This document shows, in pieces, positions 1 to 9,279 of a stretch of 20,000 nucleotides of DNA; position 1 is the first letter of the stretch, and each line of letters starts with the position of its first letter. The translations under genes were made by a program, and so were the position numbers. Source of the stretch: Perkinsus olseni (Eukaryota). The DNA is taken from assembly GCA_013115125.1 (NCBI GenBank), contig JABANN010000117.1:49336-69335 (forward strand), given 5' to 3'. The notes beneath the pieces were generated by a model that saw nothing but the letters and a program-made list of their open reading frames with translations, searched no databases and was not told the DNA's origin.

Positions 1-2
1 TA

Positions 3-102
3 TGCCCTCGAGGGGAATTGAACCCGGGACCTCCTACGGATTGTGTGTACAGGTATCTCCGCCGTGTGAAGCAGCAGGCGAAGGACGTAGCCAACGGGGG
101 AC
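3..102 (-). other. tRNA-like element (pseudo-tRNA, tRNA-derived SINE head, or atypical tRNA)
   Basis: The minus strand reads GTCCCCCG-TT-GGCTACGTCCTTCGCC-TGCTG-CTTCACA-CGGCG...GTAGG-AGGTC-CCGGG-TTCAATT-CCCCT-CGAGGGC-A. It has an intact B-box (GGTTCAATTCC), a classic AGGTC variable-loop sequence and a partial acceptor stem. The T-stem pairs only 3/5 and the A-box is weak. Confidence 0.45.
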
Positions 103-283
103 AGAAAGTAGCTCATTAAAGAGAATAACATTCAAGCCGCGTCAATGGTTACACTGCAGCGGCCACCCTTTCCTGGGTCGAGGCGTAGCGTTGGGGGGCC
201 GGAGCAGCAGGGTGGGGGCGGGGTAGGAGAATGGGACCTTTTGACTGCGGCAGCTTTTCCGTATAACTGTGGTAGTGGACTTC

Positions 284-1718
284 ATGACTCCACACACGGT
301 GCTTCTAGCGACTACCAAGCCCTTCGCGAAGGATGCAGTGGATGCCATTAAGCTCATTTGCGAGGAGCATGGCCTTTTGTTCGAGAAGCTAGAAGGGTAG
401 TACCACAACATGACGTCATCCTAGCTGGCTTCGTCTCTCTCTGTCACATTTCATGGGTGCTACGACGAGCTTAAGGATTATTGTTGGTATCCTTTGATCT
501 GTAAGGTACAAGGATCGAGCAGAGCTTTATGAGGCAGTGGCTAGCGCCGAAGCCTGCATCGTCCGCAGTGACGTCTGCGATGAAGAATTTTTCTCCCACG
601 CCAAGAAGTTGAAGGTTCTGGTCCGAGCTGGAGCGGGCGTGGACGCTATAGATTTGCCGGCCGCCACCAATCACGGTAGTGCCAGTGGGTTCTCTGCCCA
701 GGCCTTAGATCTCTTTGCTCAGGGGTGTGCGTACAGAACACTCCGGGACAGAATTCTAACGCTGTGGCGGAGCTGGCCTTTGGCATGTTGTTGGCCCATA
801 AGAGAAATCACTTTGATGGTACCCTGGGAAAGGGCTCGTGGCTGATACTGATGATGATGGCGTTTTGCAGGCAACTCTGGTACGGAGATCAGAGGGAGCA
901 GTCTGGGGCTCTATGGTTGCGGTAACGTCTCTAGGTTTATGATACTGGCAGCCCAGGGCTTTGGCATGGACGTAGGTGCAGGGGAGAGGCTGATGGGATG
1001 TTAGTGATGTTACGCAGATATATGCGTTCGACCCGTTCCTTACTCCGGATCAGATAGCGGACCTGGGGGCTGAGCCTCTCTATGATGTGGGGACCTTCGG
1101 AGGCGGAGAAGGGAGGAATGGGTGGTGGTGGTGTTGTAGGTGCCTTCAATTTTTAAGTGTGATGTTGTGTCGCTCCACGTCCCGGCTACTCGTGAGACCA
1201 AACGTTCTATTGACGAGAAGCTGCTGAGGTCGATGCCGAAGGGAGGCATACTCATCAACACAGCGAGGAAAGATGTAGGCGGCGTTAACAGCAGCAGCAG
1301 CAGCAGCGACAGCAGCAGCTCAGTTTTGGGTCCACGTGCGGCAGATTATACAAGAGGCCGACTTGCTCCAGGCGTTGGCCGAGCGTCCGGACCTCAGTTA
1401 TTTGGCAGATGATAAGCCGGATAACACGGAGGAGATTAAAGAGGCCCTTGGCGCGTCACGTGTTAAGAAACAAGTGAGTGGTGTCTTGGGCGAGGACTCC
1501 ATGGTAGCGGCCTTGGTGTGGCAGTTTCTTGTTACTCCTAAAAAGATGGGCGCTCAGACCGCCCAGGCCAACAGCAATTCTGGCATAGCTGCGGCCAAGC
1601 AAATAGTAGAGTTTTTCAGAGGTGGCCTCGTGAAGCATCAGGTCGGTCGACACTCGAGCCTGATCCGGTTAGGATGGTTTGTCTCTGTCAGGTTAATATT
1701 AATGGTAAGCACTTCTGA
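284..1718 (+). CDS. D-3-phosphoglycerate dehydrogenase-like 2-hydroxyacid dehydrogenase, short type III, Lys-catalytic (IIIK-like); 9 exons, ~318 aa
   Basis: Removing GT-AG introns 397-505, 676-722, 819-870, 972-1017, 1087-1139, 1275-1344, 1474-1524 and 1642-1691 gives one 957-nt frame: MTPHTVLLATTKPFAKDAV...IVRSD...VRAGAGVDAIDL...NTPGQNSNAVAELAFG...GLYGCGNV...VSLHVPAT...LINTARKD...TPKKMGAQTAQAN...VNINGKHF*. There is no ACT domain. Confidence 0.9.
1289..1319 (+). repeat. short (CAG/AGC)n microsatellite in PGDH intron 6
   Basis: cagcagcagcagcagcagcgacagcagcagc, one interruption, inside intron 1275-1344. Confidence 0.8.
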
Positions 1719-2079
1719 GGCGGGCGGTCATACCGCCCTACCATGCCTGAGTTGTCGTTTGCACGTTTTTTGGGCTCGTGGCGGGCCCAGCCCTTTTTGT
1801 CTGGCTCTCGCCGGCCCAGTGCAGCCGACGGCTTGCATCTATCTAGGACTATTGGATATCGTTAAGAGCGCGGCGTACGGTAGACTTTCCGTAGTATTAC
1901 CCTTGCTGTGTAGCGTTCGAAGTTGATTGTTAAAATGGGTTATGCGTGGATTAGGCTAAGACCTTGTCTTTATGAACCTGAAACCGCGGGCTCCCTCTGG
2001 ACTGCCCCGTTTCGGATGATTCAGGAGTCGATGCCTCGCCTGCCGGGTTCGGCATTCTGTGCTAAGTTCAGTTGGTATT

Positions 2080-3791
2080 ATGTTTAGTACATTCAATGGC
2101 GAGAGTGAGGAGTTGCCGAACGACAACTACGACAGGCCGCTATCGGCCAGGCCGGACGCCCGGCCTCCCTACGTCATAGTAGTTCATAGCTGCAAAGGTG
2201 GCGTTGGCAAGAGCACGGTGGCCTTCAACCTCAGTCTGGCCTTAGCGGAGAGTGGACTTGACGTTGGTAAGTTTGGAACATATGCGTGGCTGGGTAGCTA
2301 TCTCACTTGCTTTTGTGAGTCTTACCCGAAATTCCTGATTACCTCTATTGCCATTGGATACGTAGTTCATGTGTGTGGTGGTAGTAGAACAGCAGCGGCA
2401 GTAGTGGTCAGTGACAGATAACGATAGGGCAGCAGAGCGAACATAAGAGATTCATCTTCACTCTGCCTCAGAGGGCCTCTTGCTATCTAGCTACTCGTCA
2501 ATGCATCAAGATTCTTTTCTCGGGGGCATTTAACGGTATTCAACAATTAGTACGGGATTTGGTAGTACACGCTCACAATTTACGCTGATGAAGTGTGAAT
2601 TTCCTCCCATCGTGAAGTGTACTTTGAGAAGCATCGTAGTAGTGCTGCTGCCATGCTGAAGGCTCGATGCAGGTCTAGTCGACGCTGATGTCATGGGGCC
2701 TTCCTTGCCCGCCTTCGTCAAGCCGGAGGAGGGCCACGTGTATTTTTCTAAAAATGAGAAGTGGGCGCAGCCGATCAGGTGAGTGGCGTCAGGGCAGAAT
2801 CCACTTGGATGAACTTCTCGAGGTTTTCAGATATCCAACCACCGCTGGCTCCCTACGGTGTCAGTCTTTTGGATGGCTCGACGTCCACAAAGTCGCTAAG
2901 CAGGGCGCCGGCCTGTCCGCACAAAGTGCTAAGGAAGTGGTGGCTATGATGTTGACGCAGACTGACTATGGCAGTAGGGTCGCTCGTATGGCAGACCGAG
3001 CGCGGGACACGATCACTGTGCTTCAGATGTGAAATACTTGGTGGTTGACTGCCCGCCCGGTACGGGAGATATACCCAACCTTCTATTGGGTGGTGGTGTC
3101 CATCCCTCGTGCGCAGTGGTCGTAACGATGCCGCACAAGCTCTCCCTGATGGACACTAAGCTAGGCGTGGACAAGATCCGCAGGGATGGGGTAGTAGAAG
3201 GTCGCGAGATCCACTGCTCTCAGCGATTCATCAGCTTAGGTGACGATCGGGGCTATTGTCGAGAACATGGCATACTTAGAATGCCCCGACTGCAGCAGAG
3301 TTATTCATCCATTTGGGGAGGCCGACCCTCGAGCAGCCTTAGGGCTCGGCGCCGGCGAGGTACGACAATCTGCTGGGCTACTCGTGTCAACGCAGGCAAG
3401 GCAGTATTCTGTCTTGTGCAAGTTCATGTTACTAGCAGTTGAAGAAATCAGAGCATCGCAGCTCTCGGGTTTCGCTACTGGAAGAGTATATTTTTACAGT
3501 TGCCATTATTCGAGCCATTTGTTCCGCAACGGGTCGTGTCTTGACCGCTGATGATACGAGTATGGTCAGGTACCTGTGGTTGAGCTGCCCATAGAAGCCA
3601 CATTGTCGACAAGTTTCACGGCTCCTCGAGATTCTCCCACCGGGCGCCGGTTCACGGAGCTCGCGAAGATCGTTGAAGCAGCCTGCGATGCATCAGGCGC
3701 CCCCCGCGGGGTCAAGGGCATCTACGACCGCCTGCCCATGGTGATTCAGGACTGGGGTACTTTCATTGCGTGCCTCGCGGTCTCTATGTGA
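2080..3791 (+). CDS. Mrp/NBP35/ApbC-family P-loop ATPase (Fe-S carrier-like), ATPase domain only; 6 exons, ~313 aa
   Basis: Removing introns 2267-2672, 2779-2830, 2974-3026, 3191-3239 and 3360-3569 gives a 942-nt frame. It carries the deviant Walker A SCKGGVGKST, DADVMGPSLP, YLVVDCPPGTGD, VVVTMP, IVENMAYLECPDC (CxxC) and ELPIE. The start codon (2080) is less certain. Confidence 0.85.
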
Positions 3792-4072
3792 GCCTTTCTA
3801 GACGCTGTACAGTGCTCTCAACCAGCAATTTTTCTTCTAGTTTTTCTCAACTTTCTTGCATCTCGTGTCTGTTTTCTGGAGGCCTCTCCGATGATCGCAG
3901 TTCCCGTGTGTTGCTGTATTTCCGTGCTCTGTGTTTGTAACTTAATGGGAGATGGCGAGGAGTCTCCGCCAAACGTGTGGCTTCCGGATGCTACTCGTCG
4001 GCGCTGTGCCGGGGAACACTTAGCTTGAGGGATTCCTCTGCACGTCTTTCCCGAAGAGCATAGCAGACTCCA

Positions 4073-4099
4073 GTCCTTCTAACATGCTGTTAGAAGGAC
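4073..4099. repeat. perfect 12-bp inverted repeat with 3-nt loop
   Basis: GTCCTTCTAACA-TGC-TGTTAGAAGGAC, upstream of the GH35 gene. Confidence 0.85.
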
Positions 4100-4227
4100 C
4101 ATGCTGGAACATGCTTCTATCATTGCTGAACCCTTTCTGTGAAATAGTACTCTAGATGGAACAACGTTGGGAGAGGATCAGGCTGAAGGAGGTCATCACT
4201 TTTGCGCAGTCTTCGCGTTGTGTCTGC

Positions 4228-6558
4228 ATGCCATCCGTATTGCCGTCCACGACTGGTGTCATCTTACTCGCAGGGCTCTTCGCCGGGGGTGGCCTCTTCT
4301 ACTCACTTCTCCCGGCTCCCCCATCAGGTCGTGGTGCTCCCGACACGATGCTACGCTACTCTGAAGTCGCCGGCCGGCCATACACTGTGACGTACGACTC
4401 TCGGGCCTTCAAGATCAACGGCGAGCGCACCTTGCTGTTGGGAGGGTCGATACACTATCCTCGTCTGGCCGTGGAAGAGTGGGACCCCATGCTTGAGGAG
4501 ATGGCCCAAGACGGCCTGAATCACCTTCAGTTGTATGTGTTTTGGAATTTTCACGAACCCGAACCGCCGCGCTTTGACGACGTTGATCGCCGGTTCGTCC
4601 ATAACTATGATTTTTCCGGTCGCGCGGACTTAGTCAGATTCATCCGAGCTGCGGGTGAGAAGGACCTTTTCGTGAACCTTCGGATAGGTCCCTATGTCTG
4701 CGCGGAGTGGGCCTTTGGGGGCCTACCGTTGTGGCTTCGAGACGTGCCGGGGATGTGCTTTCGTTCGATCTGTGGTTATGACGGGTCGCCGGGGGAGTGC
4801 AAACCGTGGGAGGATGGCGACTTTTCCGGGTGTGACCCGTGGAGAGAGTACATGGCCGATTTTGTGATGGCTATTGGAAGGCTGGTCAAGGACGCGAAGC
4901 TGACCGCGGCACAAGGTGGGCCAGTTATCATGGCACAGCTGGAGAATGAGTATGGCGATGATACCGAGGCTGGAAGAGCGTACATAGACTGGGTGGGGGA
5001 GCTGTCCTTCGGATTGGGCTTGGACGTTCCTTGGGTCATGTGTAACGGCATGTCTGCTAATGGTACGATAAATGTCTATAACGGTGATGACGGAGCGGAG
5101 GAGTACAAGGCGCGGCATGATGAGCGATGGCCGGATGAGCCACTGGGATGGACGGAGAACGAGGGTTGGTTCGACACGTGGGCTGGCAGCTTCGAGAACT
5201 CTCAGAGATCAGCGGAGGAAATGGCCTACGTCGTGGCGAGATGGGTGGCTGTTGGGGGTAGTCATCATAACTACTACATGTGGTACGGCGGGAATCACGT
5301 CGGCCAGTGGGGTGCGGCCTCGTTGACCAATGCTTACGCGGACGGTGTGAACTTCAGAGCGGACGGACTGCCGAACGAGCCGAAGAGGTCCCATTTACGG
5401 CGCTTGAATGTAGTTCTAGGAGAGCTAAACGGGGAGCTTATGGAGGTCGAAGACCGCCATACGGTGCGACCCGTAAAGCTTGAACACGACGCAGAAGTTT
5501 TCGAATGGACCAGTCGGCTTGCCTTCCTCCATAGGCCAGCCTGTGGCGAGGGAGGGGCTGAGAAGGTCAGCTACAAGCAAGCCACTTATACGATTAAGTG
5601 CCGTGAGGTCCTTGTGGTGGACCCGTCAACGGCCATAGTACGTTTTGCGTCAGCCAGCGTTGGCCAGCCACCCGAGTTGATAACGAAGGTGCTTGCCAAC
5701 TTGACGATGGAGCAGTGGAGCATGAGGAGAGAGATAGCTCGGCATGGCATGGCTGTCGTGAACGCTACGAAGCCTATTGACCATCTTAGTATCTCTGATC
5801 TGGACACTGATTATGTGACGTACAAGACGACAGTGGCTACGGACGGTGCCAACGGCAATGTCTCCCTCGAGATCGACTCTAGGGTATCCCAGGTCTTTCA
5901 CGTTTCTACTGACGGTGGTAGCATTTTGACTGCAACAGTGATGAACCTGGAGAAGGGCAACACTCAGTGGAAGGCCACGGTCCCTCTGCCCGGTCTCGAG
6001 TCGAATCGGAGTTATGACCTGTGGATCCTATCGGAGTCCCTGGGTGTAGAGAATGGTATGCTCAGTGGCGCTCCGGCGAAGACAGAGCCGTCGCTGCAGA
6101 AGGGAATAGTCGGGGATGTCCGGTTAAACAACCAGTCGATAAAGGAGGGTGACTGGAGCATGGTGAAAGGCCTGGATGGGGAAGTCAACAACAGCCTCAT
6201 GACGTCGGACACACCGTGTTGTAACTCGCTAGGCCCTGCTTGGTTCATGGCGGGTTTCACCATTGACTCGGTGGGGTCCCCAGGCACGAGGTCGATCTCC
6301 CTCACTCTCCCACAAGGACTGCCTGACCAGGCTGGGGGCCACATCTGGCTCAACGGTGTGAATATAGGAAGATGGCGCGCGGTCGGCTACCGTCAAGCGA
6401 CTTACAGGCTGCCACCGGGTGTGCTTGTGAGTGGGGAAAATACTCTGGCGATCTTCAGTGCTACTGGTCATTGGGTGACCGCCCAGGGCAGCCCGCCAGC
6501 AGTGGTTGAGAAATTCTATCGGAGGGAGGAAGTTTTGTCGACTGAAGTGATGCTCTGA
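4228..6558 (+). CDS. glycoside hydrolase family 35 (beta-galactosidase), intronless, N-terminal signal anchor
   Basis: Motifs: VTYDSRAFKINGERTLLLGGSIHYPR, YVFWNFHEP, LRIGPYVCAEWAFGGLPLWL, QLENEYG (acid/base Glu), WTENEGWF (nucleophile Glu), NYYMWYGG, and C-terminal GHIWLNGVNIGRW...QATYRLP. The frame is open from ATG 4156. ATG 4228 is preferred because it directly precedes the hydrophobic segment and follows a ttttgcgcag acceptor-like site. Confidence 0.93.
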   Translation: MPSVLPSTTGVILLAGLFAGGGLFYSLLPAPPSGRGAPDTMLRYSEVAGRPYTVTYDSRAFKINGERTLLLGGSIHYPRLAVEEWDPMLEEMAQDGLNHLQLYVFWNFHEPEPPRFDDVDRRFVHNYDFSGRADLVRFIRAAGEKDLFVNLRIGPYVCAEWAFGGLPLWLRDVPGMCFRSICGYDGSPGECKPWEDGDFSGCDPWREYMADFVMAIGRLVKDAKLTAAQGGPVIMAQLENEYGDDTEAGRAYIDWVGELSFGLGLDVPWVMCNGMSANGTINVYNGDDGAEEYKARHDERWPDEPLGWTENEGWFDTWAGSFENSQRSAEEMAYVVARWVAVGGSHHNYYMWYGGNHVGQWGAASLTNAYADGVNFRADGLPNEPKRSHLRRLNVVLGELNGELMEVEDRHTVRPVKLEHDAEVFEWTSRLAFLHRPACGEGGAEKVSYKQATYTIKCREVLVVDPSTAIVRFASASVGQPPELITKVLANLTMEQWSMRREIARHGMAVVNATKPIDHLSISDLDTDYVTYKTTVATDGANGNVSLEIDSRVSQVFHVSTDGGSILTATVMNLEKGNTQWKATVPLPGLESNRSYDLWILSESLGVENGMLSGAPAKTEPSLQKGIVGDVRLNNQSIKEGDWSMVKGLDGEVNNSLMTSDTPCCNSLGPAWFMAGFTIDSVGSPGTRSISLTLPQGLPDQAGGHIWLNGVNIGRWRAVGYRQATYRLPPGVLVSGENTLAIFSATGHWVTAQGSPPAVVEKFYRREEVLSTEVML

Positions 6559-6684
6559 ACGGAGATTTTTTGATCTGTAGGTGACAAGTGTCGATTATGG
6601 TCATACTAAGTTTCATGTTTTTATATAAGCTGAGGCTTGCTCTGTGTTAGCCAATGGACGGAGGTCAGCGTTGAGCCAGTTGAA

Positions 6685-7814
6685 ATGTTTTCCTGCCGCT
6701 TCTGCAGTGAGTCTCCCTTCGCAAGGCTGTTCGGTGAGGACCCCTCATCTCAAGGTAGGCCAATTTTCGCCTGACCAGCATCCAAGTCTCGCTTGGTGCT
6801 CCTCAGCTTCCACCCCGCAGGGAGGGCAAGGCCGGGACTCGAGTGAGACAAGCAGTTTCTGTTGGTTGATGATGAGGCATGCTCTGTGTCAGGAGGGACG
6901 GCAGGCCGACAGACAAGGAGATCGCCGTCAAGTTTCGTTAGACGGAGTCCCGAAGAGATGAAACGCCTCGTAGCAAGTACGTATCATGGTCGCATATACC
7001 TTCGGATTCACAGGAGCCTGCTTCAGGCTGGGACCACTACGTCAGTTCCCGGGCTAGGGATTTCTTTGTTACCCGGGAGAAGCTCGAAGAAGTAGGCGAG
7101 GCGCGCACTGGCTTCGGTTTGAGCAGACCACTATGTCGTGCGTGCCAAGTTGCTATTCAAAATGTGAAAATATGGCGTCTGAATGAAGTTGGTATATTCA
7201 GTTCTCAAAATGACTTGTTCCTGCGCCAAGATGAACATGAAATGATATACCCTTTGATCACCGTTCAAGCCACAATGGAACCGTCGCACGGACCTACAGT
7301 ATGCTTCGGTAGCGAGGCCATTCCTGCCTACGTCGCAGGCGGCCTTTGTGGAAAGATTTTAGCTTTTCCTTGTAAAATCTTAGGTGCTGATGATGATAGC
7401 GAAGAGTATTCACCATACGGAGGATCCTATTCTTGGGTGAGCATGAGACCACCGCTCGTGAAATTGAATTTGCTTAACTCCAGCGACGATAACTGCGTGT
7501 TCTGGTATGGGGAAGTCACTAAGGATGACAATCAGGCTGTCATCAGGGTGGGTATTTTTAGTTCGCATGCTAGTGTTGGCGATCCCGTTGCAGATGGTGA
7601 AGCCTACTGAGGACTCAGAGAGTTTGACCTACGTGAATAGAGTGATGGTGCTCATCTTCTCCTCGGACGAAGCCTTCCAGCACCTCATGACCCTCCCCAA
7701 GGCTCCCTTCAGGTAGCCGGTAGACATCATCGGCCCGCCCTCGAAGCGTCTACCTCCAGGATGGCATGCGGCAATCAGCTGTGCGTGTCACTGCACCATG
7801 TGGCTCTGAATTAG
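6685..7814 (+). CDS. 8-exon, 181-aa protein with C-terminal His-Me finger / HNH-like (His-Cys box-type) domain, catalytic His apparently lost
   Basis: Exons 6685-6754, 6807-6842, 6893-6976, 7027-7091, 7384-7436, 7484-7547, 7594-7712 and 7760-7814 total 546 nt; all introns are GT-AG and six are 46-52 nt. Translation: MFSCRFCSES...KLEEVLMMIAKSIHHTEDPILGDDNCVFWYGEVTKDDNQAVIRMVKPTEDSESLTYVNRVMVLIFSSDEAFQHLMTLPKAPFRMACGNQLCVSLHHVALN*. The gene model is well supported; the fold assignment is inference. Confidence 0.75.
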
Positions 7815-8111
7815 TCAGCCCTGAGATGAGTCGCAGTGCTGCGTGAGCGTCTCGCTCGCGTCTGCGATATCCTTCGTGTTTCGAGTATCTCTCGGCCTCT
7901 CGTTTTCAAAGGGCGGACAAACCTTCGGCAGGATCCTCGCCTTCGTGCGTCCACTCGAGTGCCTGTCTATCGAGCAATCGAGAGCTAGCGCCGCTAACCG
8001 ACCACCTCAAAATTCCCGCGCACGCAGCGTATTGAACTGCGTGGTAACAATTACTGGAGAGCCATTCGAAACACTCACGTATCTGGCAATGCAGCTGTGC
8101 CCGGCGTTTCG

Positions 8112-8971
8112 ATGGTCCATCATAGCACTTCCATCCCCCTCCTCCTTTTCACTCTCACATTGTGTGGATTGGGCCACTACAATGAGCCTATGGCGTATAT
8201 TATCGGTGAAGGGACGCCAGCTGGGGCGGTGACCCTTGCCAAAGAGGATGAGGTCGATCTCTCTACGGACTGCGGGAATCCCAGGTGAGCTGCGGCACTG
8301 CGACTACGCAGGATTATGGGGCCCAGCGAATATTGCCTCAATACTGATAGAAAAGTGGTAAAATGCAACTGCCCGTGCCACCACTCACCTAAGCCCAAAT
8401 CGACCAGGAATCACCGTTCTAGAGACCAACCCTGGGCCCCAGGGTTGTGAAGGGAGGAGACCCCCGGGCCTGGGGTCTCCTCCCTTCACAACCACCGCTC
8501 GCAAGAAATATTTATTGCCTCGCAGGTGTCCATCGGTAGTCATCTTCGATGGTGAGCAGGAGGGCACTCAAGAAATGGTCAACTGCTATGCCGGCCAGTT
8601 GTCGGTATCCCCAGCAGCTCCGGCCGGGGCTATCGAAACGCTAGCCAGATACACGTTTATCAACAAGAGCAAGCGTGACAACGGAATAATCGTCCAACAC
8701 AAAGGGGGGCGGTTTGGCAGCAAATCCATACCGCAGTGAGCGAACACTGATACCTCGCAGGCCTGCTCATGGGCGCAGGTACGGCGTCGGCCAGTGCTTT
8801 TGCTTCGTTCGGACGCACGATGATGACCGGATCGAACAGGAAGGCTTCTCGGGTGAGGAATGTCCGGTAGTCAACGGAGCTGTCCACTTCTTCACTCACC
8901 CTGGCTCCCGCCATAGGGGGATTATTATCATCCTAAGGTTATTCAGCTGCAGACCAGATGGCATCCGATGA
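8112..8971 (+). CDS. hypothetical protein with N-terminal signal-peptide-like segment; at least 3 exons
   Basis: Begins MVHHSTSIPLLLFTLTLCGLG. Introns 8285-8525 and 8736-8778 join three ORF-track fragments in frame (...DCGNPR|CPSVVIFDG...SKSIPQ|YGVGQCFCFVR...). The 3' end is uncertain: an alternative intron 8867-8937 would move the stop to ~8982. Confidence 0.55.
8427..8493. repeat. perfect 22-bp inverted repeat plus overlapping 10-bp palindrome, intronic
   Basis: 8443-8464 GGTTGTGAAGGGAGGAGACCCC, loop CGGGCCT, 8472-8493 GGGGTCTCCTCCCTTCACAACC. Also 8427-8447 CAACCCTGGG-C-CCCAGGGTTG. Confidence 0.9.
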
Positions 8972-9236
8972 TGGTTCAGTGAATGCCAGCGAGCCCACGC
9001 AAGACATTGTAAGCTCCCTCTTGCGTGCTCGTAACACCTGCAATTTCGTCGTTGATGGGCGCAGGTTGAAAGGGATGCACCTCCGACCTTCAAGGGCAGC
9101 GGCGGTATTCTGTTGTGCGGTTGACATACTCTCAATTGCTCTCCTCTCGTGTGGCACTGTGCGGTCGCCTTGAGTTGTTGCGAAGTACAGTGGTTTGGCA
9201 GCCTGCAGTATGTCATGGGACATTAAGAGTTTCCTG

Positions 9237-9279
9237 AGCCAAGCAGCAAGGCATTCAGCCTAAGCCAAGCAGCAAGGCA
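9237..9279. repeat. 17-bp direct repeat, 9-bp spacer
   Basis: AGCCAAGCAGCAAGGCA at 9237-9253 and 9263-9279. Confidence 0.85.

Noticed and set aside
1642-1926. C-terminal extension of ORF 1336-1926
   Set aside because: Read-through of the last PGDH intron and 3'UTR. Splicing gives a stop at 1718, matching the family's length.
284-6558. PGDH-Mrp-GH35 as a bacterial operon or contaminant
   Set aside because: Two of the three genes have multiple spliceosomal introns, and no functional link is evident.
7119-7610. 163-aa ORF as a stand-alone gene
   Set aside because: Mostly intron and out-of-frame sequence. Only 7484-7547 is in the frame of the spliced 6685-7814 gene.
9237-9279. Repeat-spacer-repeat as a mini CRISPR array
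   Set aside because: Only two 17-bp units with a 9-bp spacer, in a eukaryotic context with no cas genes.
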